DNA from: Mobula hypostoma
Taxonomy: Eukaryota
Length of the DNA: 64,000 nucleotides
Direction of reading: 5' to 3'
NCBI RefSeq assembly: GCF_963921235.1
Contig: NC_086097.1
Span: 61,568,001 to 61,632,000 of the forward strand
Under the pieces are notes generated by a model, which worked only from the letters and a program-made list of their open reading frames with translations, was not told the DNA's origin and did no database searches. Shown one piece after another: positions 1 through 12,991 of this stretch (the first letter of the stretch is position 1; every line of letters begins with the position of its first letter). A program made the translations under genes and the position numbers.

Positions 1-863
1 GTCTTGGAACTGCCAGATGATTGTGATGAACTTGCTGGGGCAGCCAAACTTCTCCATGATCTTCCACAATCCTTCTCTGCTGACCGTATCGAAAGCCTTG
101 GTTAGATCGACGAAGGTCATGAAGAGGTTGCTGTGTTGCTCCTGGCATTTTTCCTGGAGTTGATGCGCAGCAAAAATCATGTCCGCGGTCCCACGTTCAG
201 CACGGAAGCCGCACTGGCTTTCTGGGAGCAGACCTTGCTCAAGATGTTGGAGAAGGCGGTTGAGCAGGACGTGGGCCAGAATCTTCCCCGCAATGGACAA
301 GAGGGAGATGCCTCGGTGGTTGTCGCAAGACTGGCGGTTGCCTTTCCTCTTGCAGATGTGGACTATGCTGGCATCTTTCAGCTGTTGCGGAACCTGTCCC
401 TTTTTCCACATGGACTGGAAGAGTACAGTCAGCTTTTGCATCATGACAGGGCCTCCTGCTTTGTATACCTCGGCAGAGATTGCTTTGGGTCCTGGCGCTT
501 TGCCACAGGAGAGTTGCTTCACAGCCTTCCTGACTTCATCTACTGTGGGGAGGGTGTTGAGGTTCTTGTTGATCTCTACCTGGGGCAGGCGGGCAATGGC
601 CTCGTCGTTGATGTCGGCAGGGCGGTTAAGAATGTTGTTAAAGTGCTCAACCCACCGATCCAGAATCTGCTTCTTCTCTGTCAGCAGCTGCGTCTCATCT
701 GCATTGAGGAGGGGTGAGGAGCCGGAGGACTGGGGTCCGTATACAGCCTTAAGCGCATCGTAGAAGCGCTTTATGTCGTGGCTGTCTGCATAGCCCTGGA
801 TTTCATCGGCCTTCTTGCTGACCCAGCTGTCCTGCATCTCGCGAAGTTTTTTCTGCACCTTTC
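1..863 (-). mobile_element. RTE-clade LINE fragment, 5'-truncated at ~863, runs off the window start
   Basis: Near-identical to 8488-9350 (the antisense ORF 133..717 almost equals ORF 8620..9204). Similarity stops at ttctgcacctttc (863), where CR1 sequence begins. Confidence 0.9.
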
Positions 864-3226
864 ACTAGGGGTACTGGATTGGGTATTGTGTAATGAACCG
901 GAGGTGATTAGAGAGATTGAGGTGAAGGAACCCTTAGGAGGCAGTGATCATAACATGTTTAAGTTCACTGTGAAATTTGAAAAAGCGAAGCCGAAATCTG
1001 ATGTGTCGGTATTTCAGTGGAGTAAAGGAAATTATATTGGCATGAGAGAGGAACTGACCAAAGTTGACAGGAAAGGGACACTGGCGGGAAGGACAGCAGA
1101 GCAGCAGTGGCTGGAGTTTATGCAAGAAGTGAGGAAGGTGCAAGACAGGTATATTCCAAAAAAGAGGAAATTTTCGAATGGAAAAAGGACGTAATCGTGG
1201 CTGACAAGAGAAGTCAAAGTCAAAGTTAAAGCAAAGGAGAGGGCATACGAGGAAGCAAAAATTAGTGGGAAGACAGAGGATTGGGAAGTTTTTAAAACGT
1301 TACAAAAGGAAACTAAGAAGGTCATTAAGAGGGAAAAGATTAACTATGAAAGGAAGCTAGCAAATAATATCAAAGAGGATACTAAAAGCTTTTTCAAGTA
1401 TATAAAGAGTAAAAGACAGGTGAGAGTAGATATAGGACCGATAGAAAATGATTCTGGAGAAATTGTAATGGGCGATACGGAGATGGCACAGGAACTGAAC
1501 GAGTATTTTGCATTAGTCTTCACTGAGGAAGATATCAGCAGTATACCGGACACTGAAGGGTGTCAGGGAAGAGAAGTGTGCGCAGTCACAATTACGACAG
1601 AGAAAGTACTCGGGAAGCTGAATAGTCTGAAGGTAGATAAATCTCTCGGACCAGATGGAATGCATCCTCGTGTTCTGAAGGAAGTAGCTGTGGAGACTGC
1701 GGAGGCATTAGCGATGATCTTTCAAAAATCGATAGATTCTGGCATGGTTCCGGAGGACTGGAAGATTGCAAAAGTCACTCCGCTATTTAAGATGGGGGCA
1801 AGGGAGCAAAAAGGAAATTATAGCCCTGTTAGCTTGACATCGGTGGTTGGAAAGTTGTTGGAGTCGATTGTCAAGGATGATGTTACAGAGTACCTGGAGG
1901 CATATGACAAGATAGGAAGAACTCAGCATGGTTTCCTTAAAGGAAAATCCTGCCTGACAAACCTATTATAATTTTCTGAGGAAATTAAAAGTAGGCTAGA
2001 CAAGGGAGATGCAGTGGATGTTGTATATTTGGATTTTCAGAAGACCTTTGACAAGGTGCCACACGTGAGGCTGCTTAACAAGATAAGAGCCCATGGAATT
2101 ACAGGAAAGTTACATATGTGGACAGAGCGTTGGCTGATTGGCAGGAAACAGAGAGTGGGAATAAAGGAATCCTATTCTGGTTGGCTGTCGGTTACCAGTG
2201 GTGTTCCACAGGGGTCCGTGTTGGGGCCGCTTCTTTTCACGTTGTACATCAATGTTTTGGATTATGGAATAGATGGCTTTGTGGCTAAATTTGCTGTTGA
2301 TACAAAGATAGGTGGAGTGTCCGGTAGTGCTGAGGAAACGGAGAGTCTGCAGAGAGACTTGGATAGATTGGAAGAATGGGCAAAGAAGTGGCAAATGAAG
2401 TACAATGTTGGAAAGTGTATGATTATGCACTTTGGCAGAAGAAATAAACGGACAGACTATTATTTAAATGTGGAAAGAATTCAAAGTTCTGAGATGCAAC
2501 GGGACTTGGGAGTCCTCGTGCAGGATACCCTTAAGGTTAACCTCCAGTCTGAGTCGGTGGTAAAGAAGGCGAATGCAATTTTGGCATTCATTTCTGGAGG
2601 AATAGAGTACAGGAGCAGGGATGTGATGTTGAGGCTGTATAAGGCGCTAATGAGACCTCACTTGGAGTACAGTGGGCAGTTTTGGTCTCCTTATTTAAGA
2701 AAAGATGTGCTGACGTTGGAGAGAGTACAGAGAAAATTCACTAGAATGATTCCGGGAATGAAAGAGTTAACATATGAGGAACGTTTGTCTGCACTCCTGG
2801 ACTGTACTCCTTAGAGTTTAGAAGAATGATGGGGAACCTCGTAGAAACATTTCGAATGTTGAAAGGCATGGACAGAGTGGATGTGGCAAAGTTGTTTCCC
2901 GGGATGGGGGAGTCTAGCATGAGAGGGCATGACTTAATGATTGAAGGGCGCCCATTCAGAACAAAGATGCGAAGAAATTTTTTTAGCCAGCGGGTGGTGA
3001 ATCTGTGGAATTCATTGCCACGGGCGGCAGTGGAGGCCAAGTCATTGGATGTATTTAAGGCAGATATTGATAGGTATCTGAGTAGCCAGGGCATCAAAGG
3101 TTATGGTGAGAAAGCAAGGGAGTGGAATTAAATGGGTGAATGAATCAGCTCATGATAAAATGGTGGAGCAGACTTGATGGGCCAAATGGCCGACTCCTGC
3201 TCCTTTCTCTTATGGTCTTATGGTCT
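864..3226 (+). mobile_element. CR1-clade LINE, ORF2 (end of endonuclease plus RT) with stops, 3' end intact
   Basis: ORFs 1420..1971, 2014..2814 and 2826..3131 contain [64 protein letters not shown] (degenerate FADD) and VVNLWNSLP. Tail (TTATGGTC)n at ~3209-3226. Confidence 0.95.
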
Positions 3227-5986
3227 AAAAAGTGAAAATAAATGGTCCTAAAACACCACTAGTCTCCGGCAGCCAATCAGAAAAGGTTGCCATTATTCCT
3301 ACTCTTTGCATCCTGCCAGTTAGCCAATCTGCTATCAAATCTAGTATTTTTCCTGTAATACAAGGGACTCTTACTTTGTTAAGCAGCATTATGTGCAGCA
3401 TCTTGTCAAAAGCTTTCTGAAAATCCAAGTAAGCAACATCCACTGGCGTTCCCTTGTCTATCCTGCTTGTTAAATCCACAAAGAATTCCAAGAGATTCGC
3501 CTGGCAAGATCTCTCCTAAAGAAAACCATGCTGACATTGGCCTATTTTATAATGTGGCTCCAAGTGCCCTGAAACCTCATGCTCAAAAAATGATTTGAAC
3601 ATCTTCCCAACCACTGAAGTCAGACTAATTGGCCTGTAACTTCTTTTATTCTGCTTCTCTCCCTGCATAAAAAGTGAAGTGACATTCGCAGATTTCCATT
3701 CCTCTAGAAAATATTCCAGAATTGACTGATTCATGAAAGATCACGACGAATTCCTCCACAAACTCTTCAACTACCTCCTTCAGAACCCTGTGGTGTAGTC
3801 TATCTAATCCAAGTGATTTATCTACCTTCAGACCTTTAAGCTTCCCAAGCACCTTCTCCCTCGTAATAACAACTACACTCATTTCTGCCTTTTGCCTTCC
3901 ACAGTGAGTACTGAGATGAAATTCATATTTCACATTTTCTGTCCTTATGGCCTTTTTCGTAGCCTTCTGTTGGTTTTCAAAAGCTTCCTAATCCTCTAAT
4001 TTCCCATTAAATTTTGCTCTATCATATGCCCTCTCTTTTGCTTTTATGCTGTCTTTGACTTCTCTTGTCATTCATGGTTGTATCATCCTCCATTTAGAAT
4101 ACTTCTTCTTTGTATGAATTTATCCTGTGCCTTTTGAATTGAACATAGAACAAAGAACATAGAAATCTACCGCACATTACAGGCCCTTCAGCCCACAATG
4201 TTGTGCTGACCATGTAACCTGCACTAGAAGCTGCCTAGAATTTCCCTAGCACATAGCCCTCTATTTGTCTAAGGTCCATGTGCCTGTCTAAGAGAAGTCT
4301 CTTAAAAGAACCTATTGTGTCAACTTCCACCACCGTCGCCAGCAGTGCATTCCACACACCCACCACTCTGTGTAAAAAACTTAGCCCTAACATCCCCTTG
4401 GTACCTACTTCCAAACACCTTAAAACTATGCCCACTCGTGTTAGCAATTTCAGCCCTGGGAAAAAAGCCTCTGACTATGCACACAATCAATGTCTCTGTT
4501 CATCTTATACACTTCAATCACGTTACCTCTCATCCTCCGTCGCTCTGAGGAGAAAAGGCCAAGATCACTCAACCTATTCTCGTAAGGTACACCCTCCAAT
4601 CCAGGAAACATTCTTGTAAATCTCCTCCGCACTGCCTCTATAATATCCACATCCTTCCTGTAGTGAGGTGACCAAAACTAAACACAGTACTCCAAGTGGG
4701 GACTGACCAAGATCTTATATGGCTGTAACATTACCTCATGGCTCTTGAACTCAATCCCAGTTGATGAATGCCAACACACTATATGCCTTCTTAACAGCAC
4801 TGTCAACCTGCTCAGCAGCTTTGAGTATCCCTTGGACATGGACCCCAAAATCTCTCAGATCCTCCACACTGCCAAGAGTCTTGCCATTAATATTATATTC
4901 TGTCTTCAAATTTGACCTACCAAAATGAACCACTTCACACTTATCTGGGTTGAAGTCCATCTGCCGCTTCTTAACCCAGTTCCGTAACATATCGATGTCC
5001 TGCTGTAAGCTCTGACAACCCTCCAGACTATCCACAACACCCCCAAACTTTGTGTCATCAGCAAACTTACTAACCTACTCTTCTACTTCTTCATCCAGGT
5101 CATTTATAAAAATCACATAGAGGAGGGGTGCCAGAACAGATCCATGTGAAACACCACTGATCACCGACCTCCATGCAGAATATGAACCATCTACAACCAC
5201 CCCTTGCCTTCTGTGGGCAACCCAATTCTGATCTACAAAGCAAAGCCACCTTGGATCCTTACTTTCTGAAGGAGCCTTGCATGGGGAACCTTATCAAAGC
5301 CCTTACTGAAATCCATATCCACTGCTCTACCATCATCCATGTGTTTTGTTACTTCAGAATTGCTTCCAGAAACTCCAGACATTCCTACTCTGCTGTCATC
5401 CATGCTAGTGTCCCCTTCCAATTTACTTTGGCCAGCTCCTCTTTCATGCCTCTCTAATTCCCTTTTTTCTACTGTAGGTATTTTCCTCTTAAACTGCAGG
5501 ATGAATGCTATCATATCATTATCACTGTCTCCTAAGGTTTCCTTTACCTTAAGTGTTTTAATCAAATCTGGTCCATTACACAACACCCAATTCAGGATTG
5601 CCTTTTCTCAAGTGGGCTCAACCACAAGCTACTTTCTAAAGCCATCTCTTAGTCATTCTATAAATTCCCTCTCTTGGGACTCAGCACCAGCCTGATTTTC
5701 CCAAGCTACCTGCGTGTTGAAATCCCTCCATGATTATCATAACATTGATATTTTCACATGTTTTTGCAATCTACCATTGTACCCAACATTCTGGCTACTG
5801 TTCAGAAGCCAATACATAACTCCCGTCAAGGTACTTTTACCCTTGTAATTCCTTAACTCTACCCATAAGTTGATATCTTCCGATTCTATGTCACATCTTT
5901 CTAAAGATTTGATTTAATTTTTTACCAACAGAGCTACCCCTCCCTTTCTGTCTACCTGCCTGATCTTTCAAAACAAAGTGTGTGCG
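3227..5986 (-). mobile_element. Older degraded CR1 LINE, interrupted by a CR1 at 4142-5356 and by the LTR nest at 5987
   Basis: Minus ORFs 3225..3491 (YLDFQKAFDKM), 3516..3734 (YRPISLTSVVGK), 3646..3933 and 5233..5586 (LGDSDNDMI). Colinear CR1 sequence resumes after 5356. Confidence 0.85.
4142..5356 (-). mobile_element. 5'-truncated CR1 LINE inserted in the older CR1
   Basis: Tail aacatagaacaaagaacatagaa at 4142. Minus ORFs 4235..4447, 4450..4650 and 4751..5035 (FNPDKCEVVHFG). Candidate TSD gaattg at 4136-4141 and 5357-5362. Confidence 0.88.
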
Positions 5987-7229
5987 TGTCACGGTCTGGT
6001 CCGTGAAATCCGGATTCCGGTTCACGGTCCGGTCCATAGTTCCTTATTCCAGGTTTTCCAGTTTTCCCTTTTTTCTGTTGGGTGCTCTAATTGAGGCAGC
6101 TGATTCACATTTTGGGCTGGCTACATAAATAGCTCCTTGGTTCAGTTTCAGTTGCTGTCTGTTTCAGGAGTTGGCTGGGAGGGTTCCTGGGGTGACTGCA
6201 CTGCTGGGCCAGCTGTAGCTCTTGGCTAGGTGGATTGAGTGCGTGGGGACTTTGGTGTGGAGGAGCATAGTAGTTTGGAAAGAGTTAGCTTGTAGCCTAT
6301 GGCTGCAAAAGGGAGGGGGGGAGGGGTTGAGATTGAAGGGTGAGGGTAGGAGACTGTGGAATACTCCAGAAGTAAGGGTAGCCAAAAAAAGGGTACATCA
6401 AGTGAAAGACCTGAAGTAATGGGGGACAACAAATTGAGGAAAATGGGTGAATTGGAGGAATTTATAGTTCTGCATAAAGTTAAAGGTCAAAAGGAAGGAG
6501 ACGGAGATTTAGAGCCCTTCATCCTTTGAAAGTGGCAGCAGCATTAGAGAACCAAATAGGTGAAGGATTCCAGGCCAAGATTTTGTCTAATGGATTGCTG
6601 AAACTTTGTTGCAAAGACATTAACCAATATAGCAGTCCTAAAATGGTGGGAAAATTGGTTGTGAAAGTGGAGTGTATTACTCTGAAAGAAAGGAAGGGAG
6701 TTAAGGGGGTAGTGTATGGTATTTGGTCTGGCATGACTGAAAAGGAAATTTTAGGCAATATTAGGTGGTCGAGTGGTTGAAGCCAAACGATTAAAATCGA
6801 GAGAAGGTGGTAATTGGGATTCTCCTGTTCTTCTGGTTTTTGCAGGTAATGTTCTTCCAACTAGAGTCTATCTTGGGTGCATGTCTTATCAAGTTAGAGA
6901 ATACATTAGGCCTCCCTTACGCTGTTATAATTGCTAGAGATTTGGACATGTTACTGGTTCATGTTGAGGTAAAAGAAGATGTATGAAATGTGGAGAGGAT
7001 CATGATATTAAAGCAGCGGTGCCTAAATGCAGTAACTGTGGAGGGGACCATATAGCGGCGTTCAGAGGATGTGAGTATTTTAGTAAGGCAAAGCAGATTC
7101 AGGATGTTAGTATCCAACAAAAAATATCATGCTGAAGCAGTAAAGAAAGTTGATACAGAGCAAAGGATAAGTAAAGAAAAGATTAGAATGAGTCCTCCAA
7201 CTATGGTTCCTTCAGGCATGTTGATGACT

Positions 7230-10200
7230 GTTGTTATTGTTGTTCGTCCTTCATAGTCGAAGATGACCATGGCTTCAAAGTCAAATGGGAGATTGGTGGC
7301 TGTGGGTCTGGAGGTGACTGATGAGGCCAATCCGGGCCCTGAAGGCTCGCCCACATGTGGGACACAACTGTGTGGGTACTGTCGTGGTAGTGGATGCTGC
7401 TCAGGCCTTGCGCACAGCAAGTTTTCGTTGCGCCTCGATGATGCGCCTGACTTCAGCTGCACGGGCTCCTGTGGTGATCTTGCTGCGCCAAGCTGGACGG
7501 TCGAGGGCAAGCGTCTCCCACGTGTTGATGTCGACACCCAGGCCTTTGAGGGACGCTTTCAGGCAGTCTTTGTAACGTTTCTTCTGCCCCCCCGACTGAG
7601 CGCTTGCCCTGACACAGTTCTCCGTACAGCAGCTGCTTAGGCAATCGGCTGTCTGGCATTCTGACCACATGTCCAGCCCACCTGGCTTGGGCTTTCAGCA
7701 GGAGGGTGTAGACGCTGCAGAGCCGAGCTCGTTCCAGGATTTCCGTGTCGGGGACTTTGTCCTGCCACCTGATGTGGAGGAGTCTGCGGAGACAGCTCAG
7801 GTGAAAGTGGTTGAGCTGTTTGGCGTGTCTGCTGTAGACAGTCCAGGTCTCGCTGGCGTAAAGGAGGGTGGTAAGGACCACTGCACAGTAGACCTTCAGC
7901 TTGGTGGTAAGGCTGAGTCCTCTCCGCTCCCAGACGTTCTCACGGAGTCTCCCAAAGGCGGCGCTGGCTTTGGAAATCCTGTTGTTGACCTCAGCGTCGA
8001 TGTTCACTGCGCGAGAGAGTATGCTGCCCAGGTAGGTGAAGTTGTCGGCTGCCTGGAGGTTCTGGCCCTTCACCGTGATGCACGGCTCCTGGTATGGCTT
8101 TCCTGGGGCAGGCTGGTACATAACTTCAGTCTTTTTGGTGCTGATAGTGAGACCGAAGTTGTCGCAGGCTTGTGAGAAGCAGTCCATTTCACGCTGCATC
8201 TCCTGCTCTGTGCTGGCGTTGAGTGCGCAGTCATCAGCAAACAACAAGTCTCTGATGACAGTCTCTTGCACCTTTGCAACTGCCTGCAGGCGCCTAAGGT
8301 TGAACAACCTGCCGTCAGTCCTGTATCTGACGTGGATTCCTTCTTCATAGTTATGGAAGGCATCTGTCAGCATGGCAGAGAATACCATACTGAACAGAGT
8401 CGGGGCAAGAATGCCTTGTTTGAGGTCATTTATCACTGGGAAGGCCTCCGACTCGTCGCCGTCATCCAGAACTTTCACCATCATACCGTCTTGGAACTGC
8501 CGGACGATTGTGATGAACTTGCTGGTGCAGCCAAACTTCTCCAAGATCTTCCACAAGCCTTCTCTGCTGACCGTATCGAAAGCCTTGGTTAGAACGACAA
8601 AGGTCACGAAGAGGTCGCTGTGTTGCTGCTGACATTTTTCCTGGAGTTGGCGCGCAGCAAAAATCGTGTCCGCAGTCCCACGTTCAGCATGGAAGCCGCA
8701 CTGGCTTTCTGGGAGCAGACCTTCCTCAAGATGTTGGAGAAGGCGGTTGAGCAGGACGCGGGCCAGAATCTTCCCCGCAATGGACAAGAGGGAGATGCCT
8801 CGGTGATTGTCGCAAGACTGGCGGTTGCCTTTCCTCTTGTAGATGTGGACTATGCTGGCATCTTTCAGCTGTTGCGGGACCTGTCCCTTTTTCCACATGG
8901 ACTGGAAGAGTACAGTCAGCTTTTGCATCATGACAGGGCCTCCTGCTTTGTATACCTCAGCAGGGATTGCATCGGGTCCTGGCGCTTTGCCACAGGAGAG
9001 TTGCTTCACTGCCTTCCTGACTTCATCTACTGTGGGGAGGGTGTCGAGGTTCTTGTTGATCTCTACCTGGGGCAGGCGGGCAATGGCCTCGTCGTTGATG
9101 TCGGCAGGGCGGTTAAGGATGTTGTTAAAGTGCTCAACCCACCGATCCAGAATCTGCTTCTTCTCTGTCAGCAGCTGCGTCTCATCTGCGTTGAGGAGGG
9201 GTGAGGAGCCGGAGGACTGGGGTCCGTATACAGCCTTAAGCGCATCGTAAGAGCGCTTTATGTCGTGGCTGTCTGCATAGCCCTGGATTTCATCGGCCTT
9301 TTTGCTGAACCAGCTGTCCTGCATCTCGCGAAGTTTTTTCTGCACCTTTCTTCTTGTGTTGGTAAAGGCATCTTTCTTGGCTAGAGACGTGGGGTCGTTC
9401 TGATGCACTCTGTAATGTTGATGTTTCTCCGTTAGTAGTGCCTGTATTTCTTCATCATTCTCATTGAACCAGTCTTGGTTTCTTCGGGTTGCTGGTCCAA
9501 GTAGTTCGAGGGCGGTAGTGTAGACAGCGTCTCTGAAGTCCATCCACTGTTCCTCAACGCTGGTCCCGTCATCCTGTAGTGTGTCTGGCAGTCTGCCTTC
9601 AAGGTCATCGACGAATTTTTCTGCAACCCTGCTGCTTTTCAGCTTGGAGACATTCAGCCTCTTTGCAGTCTTCTGCCCTTGGGATCTTCTCATGGGCAGA
9701 ATGCGAAGCCTGAACTTGGACACAATGAGGCGGTGGTCGGTCCAGCAGTTGGCACCACACATGGCTCTCGTCACTCTGACATCCATCCTGTCCCTCTTCC
9801 TGGTGATGATGTAGTCAATCAGATGCCAGTGCTTCGAGCGTGGGTGCATCCATGACGTCTTCTTACGGGTGGGTAAGCGGAACAGGGTGTTGGTGATGAC
9901 CAGGTCGTGTGTGGCACACATCTTGAGGAGCAGAAGGCCGTTGCTGTTACACTTGCCAGTGCCATGTCTTCCAATGATCCCTTCCCAGGTTTGGTAGTCT
10001 GTCCCTACTCTGGCATTGAAGTCCCTGAGAACGATGAGCTTCTCTGACTGTGGGATTGCTGAGATGAGAGCGTCGAGTTCTTCATATAACTTGTCTTTAA
10101 TGTCATCTGGGTTGGTCATGGTGGGAGCGTAGGCACTAATCAGCGTAGCGCTCTTCTTGTTTGCAAATGGGAGCTGAAGTGTCATCAGGCGGTCGTTGAT

Positions 10201-10231
10201 GCTCTCTGGGTGCTTGGTGAGTTTACGGGTG
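7230..10231 (-). mobile_element. RTE-clade (BovB-like) LINE, 5'-truncated in the endonuclease, (CAA)n-type tail
   Basis: Plus-strand gttgttattgttgtt at 7230-7244 is the minus-strand (AAC)n tail. Contains the 910-aa ORF below and is flanked by a ~285 bp direct duplication. Confidence 0.95.
7453..10185 (-). CDS. RTE ORF: partial AP endonuclease plus reverse transcriptase; frameshift near the C-terminus, true end in ORF 7401..7670
   Basis: SAYAPT, DFNARVG, WMHPRSKHWHLIDY, TDHRL, KAPGPDAIP, RGISLLS, LPESQCGF, KAFDTV, LLFADDCAL, FTYLGS, RWAGHVVRM. The alternative frame gives GGQKKRYKDCLK...WETLALDRPAWR. Confidence 0.9.
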   Translation of the reverse strand: MTLQLPFANKKSATLISAYAPTMTNPDDIKDKLYEELDALISAIPQSEKLIVLRDFNARVGTDYQTWEGIIGRHGTGKCNSNGLLLLKMCATHDLVITNTLFRLPTRKKTSWMHPRSKHWHLIDYIITRKRDRMDVRVTRAMCGANCWTDHRLIVSKFRLRILPMRRSQGQKTAKRLNVSKLKSSRVAEKFVDDLEGRLPDTLQDDGTSVEEQWMDFRDAVYTTALELLGPATRRNQDWFNENDEEIQALLTEKHQHYRVHQNDPTSLAKKDAFTNTRRKVQKKLREMQDSWFSKKADEIQGYADSHDIKRSYDALKAVYGPQSSGSSPLLNADETQLLTEKKQILDRWVEHFNNILNRPADINDEAIARLPQVEINKNLDTLPTVDEVRKAVKQLSCGKAPGPDAIPAEVYKAGGPVMMQKLTVLFQSMWKKGQVPQQLKDASIVHIYKRKGNRQSCDNHRGISLLSIAGKILARVLLNRLLQHLEEGLLPESQCGFHAERGTADTIFAARQLQEKCQQQHSDLFVTFVVLTKAFDTVSREGLWKILEKFGCTSKFITIVRQFQDGMMVKVLDDGDESEAFPVINDLKQGILAPTLFSMVFSAMLTDAFHNYEEGIHVRYRTDGRLFNLRRLQAVAKVQETVIRDLLFADDCALNASTEQEMQREMDCFSQACDNFGLTISTKKTEVMYQPAPGKPYQEPCITVKGQNLQAADNFTYLGSILSRAVNIDAEVNNRISKASAAFGRLRENVWERRGLSLTTKLKVYCAVVLTTLLYASETWTVYSRHAKQLNHFHLSCLRRLLHIRWQDKVPDTEILERARLCSVYTLLLKAQARWAGHVVRMPDSRLPKQLLYGELCQGKRSVGGAEETLQRLPESVPQRPGCRHQHVGDACPRPSSLAQQDHHRSPCS

Positions 10232-12991
10232 ATGTTGCTGGTTCATGTAAAAGAAGGTGTATAAAATGTGGAGAGGATCATGATATTAAAGCATGTAAGG
10301 CAGCGGTGCCTAAATGCAGTAACTGTGGAGGGGACCATATAGTGGCCTTCAGAGGATGTGAGTATTTTAGTAAGGCAAAGCAGATTCAGGATGTTAGTAT
10401 CCAACAAAAAATATCATATGCTGAAGCAGTAAAGAAAGTTGATAGAGAGCAAAGGATAAGTAAAGAAAAGATTAGAATGAGTCCTCCAACTATGGTTCCT
10501 TCAGGAATGTTGATGACTAAAGAGTCTTTTTTGGCAATTGTTGTTGATGTACTGATTGGGGCTAAAACTACAGCAAAGAGGTCGGATATGATAAAAGTAG
10601 TTGTTGGAGCTGCAGAGGGATTCCTTGATATAAAACAGATTTTGCCAGAAAAATTACATGAGTATATGTCAAACAATCACTGAATACTTCCCAGTTGTCA
10701 GGATCAGAGAGTACGGAGGAGCTTTATGTGGATGAAGAGGCCAATAATTAGTATTTCAATGTTTTTAATATTACAGTGGAATGCAAGAAGGTTATCTGCA
10801 AATGGTCAAGAATTAAAAGGATGTGTTGGTACTTTTAAAGACAAGCCTGATTTGATCTGTATACAGGAGACATGGTTAAAGCCTCATTTAGATTTTGTGA
10901 TCCCTGGATATGATAGTTTGAGAGCTGACAGAACAGGTAAATCTGGTGGAGGGTGTGCAACTTTCATAAAAACAGGACTCCAGTTTAGAAGACTTGATAT
11001 TAAACCTAACCTTGAAATTGTGGATGTTTGGAGCTGTCGTGGTCAAATCACTTTGATTAACTTTTATAATCCAGGTAATATGATGTTATCAGATTTGGAT
11101 GAATTTATGAATAAGGTAAGATCCCCAGTAATCCGGGTTGGATATTTCAATGCCCATAATCCTATATGGGGTAGTGAAAGTAAAGATAGTAATGGAGTGG
11201 TTACAGAGGAGTTTCTAGATAAATACAACATGGTACTGCTAAATGACGGAAGGCCTACAAGATTTAATATTGCAAAGAATACGTGTAGTCACTTAGACTT
11301 ATCTATCATTTCCTTAAACTTAGCTAGGGCTGGGGAATGGGATGTTATGGACAGATACACACTAGGAAGTGAACACCATCCTATATTATGTAGATTTGGT
11401 AGAAATTTGATAGCAGACCTCTCCTCAACTTCTACTAAGTATAATTTTTCTTTGGCCAATTGGGAGGAGTACCAGGAGAAAGCTGTGGATATAATGGAAG
11501 AGATTAATAGCGAGGGCTCCATAGATGATTGGAATGAAACCCTCTGTTCTTTCATTCATAAAGGTGCTCAGTTGATTATTCCGCTACAGTATGTACTTAA
11601 GGCTCGAGCATTAGTTCTGTGGTGGAATAAAAATTGTGATATAACAGTAAGAAACAGAAGTAGAGCCTACAGGAAATTAAGAAAGTACCCAGTGTTAGAT
11701 AATGTTATGGAGTATAAAAAGGAAAGAGCAGTGGCAAGGAGAGTAATTAAAAATGCGAAGAGGGATATTTGGAGAAGATTTTGTGGAACCCTGAGCCCTG
11801 AGACACCTATAAAGCAGCTATGGACAATCATTCACAGAATGTCAGGGATATATAGGAAACCATCTGTCCCAGCTTTGCTGGAAGGAGATATTGAAGCTGT
11901 AACCAATAAGGAAAAGGCTGATATGTTTGTAGAGGTGTTCCAAGCATTACATAGTTCTGGAGAATTAGGTGATTTGAGAAAGGAAATTATGTTAACGGAA
12001 AGTTGGACATTGGACAGGAGTTTGGATGATAATAGTTCCATAAATTTGTTTTTCTCCCTTCAGGAATTGCAGGAAGCTATCCAATCAGGTTCAAACACTT
12101 CTGGTAGGGATAGACTGTGTTATGAATTGCTTAAGTATTTAGATGACTCTGTATTAATAGAAATTCTAGCATTGTTTAATTCAGTGTGGAAAGAAGGAAA
12201 ATTACCAGTAGAATGGAAGCATGCGGTGGTAGTTCCAGTTTTAAAGCCAGGTAAGGACGCCTCTAGCCCTAGTTCGTATCGGCCTATAGCTTTAACGTCA
12301 GTGCTATGGAACGAATGGTCACCAACAGATTTGCTTATTTTTTGGAAAATAAGGGACATTTTGCTGCCTATAAAAATGGTTTTAGAACTGGAAGATCAAC
12401 AATGGAATCTGTTGCCCTTTTAGATCATGATATTAAAAAAGTGTTTCAAGATAGAGAAGTAATAGTAAGTGTATTTCTAGATATTGAAAGAGCATATGAC
12501 TCACTATGGAAGGATGGTTTTTTAATTAAACTCCATGATGCGGGAATTAGAGGTAGAATGTTTAATTGGATCAAAGATTTCCTTCAAGAAAGGACAATTC
12601 AAGGAAGAATAGGTGGAACAAGCTCCAAGTCAGTTAAAATAGGTAATGGTACCCCTCAAGAAAGTGTCATTAGTCCAGGTCTCTTTAATGTCATGATAAA
12701 TGATCTTTGATGAGGTAGGGACAGGATTTGGCAAATCATTGTTTGCAGACGATGGTGCAGTCTGAAAGAGGAAGCAACATCAAGTATATATTAAGGCAGG
12801 TACAAAAGGCTTTAAGATCAGTTGAAAACTGGGCTAATAAGTGGGGTTTCAGGATTTCTGCTTCTAAGTCCAAATACATGATTTTTGGCTTTAGAAGAAA
12901 GATTCCTGATTGTGAATTGTGTCTATATGATTCTCCACTAGAAAGAGTCAAGATATTCAAGTTTTTAGGCGTCTGGTTTGATGAAAGATTT

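Larger units (their letters stand above)
6420..10683 (+). pseudogene. Nimb ORF1 (gag-like, CCHC zinc knuckles), interrupted by the RTE
   Basis: ORF 6526..6780 (KGVVYGI), knuckles at ~6920-7060, and continuation in ORF 10210..10683 (CIKCGEDH, CSNCGGDH, SYAEAVKK). Confidence 0.8.

Noticed and set aside
133..763. 194-aa plus-strand ORFs, with twins at 8620-9250 and other ORFs at 7263-8632
   Set aside because: Antisense shadows of the RTE ORF with no independent protein features.
778..1194. 138-aa ORF as a novel gene
   Set aside because: Chance read-through from antisense RTE into CR1 endonuclease at the 863/864 junction.
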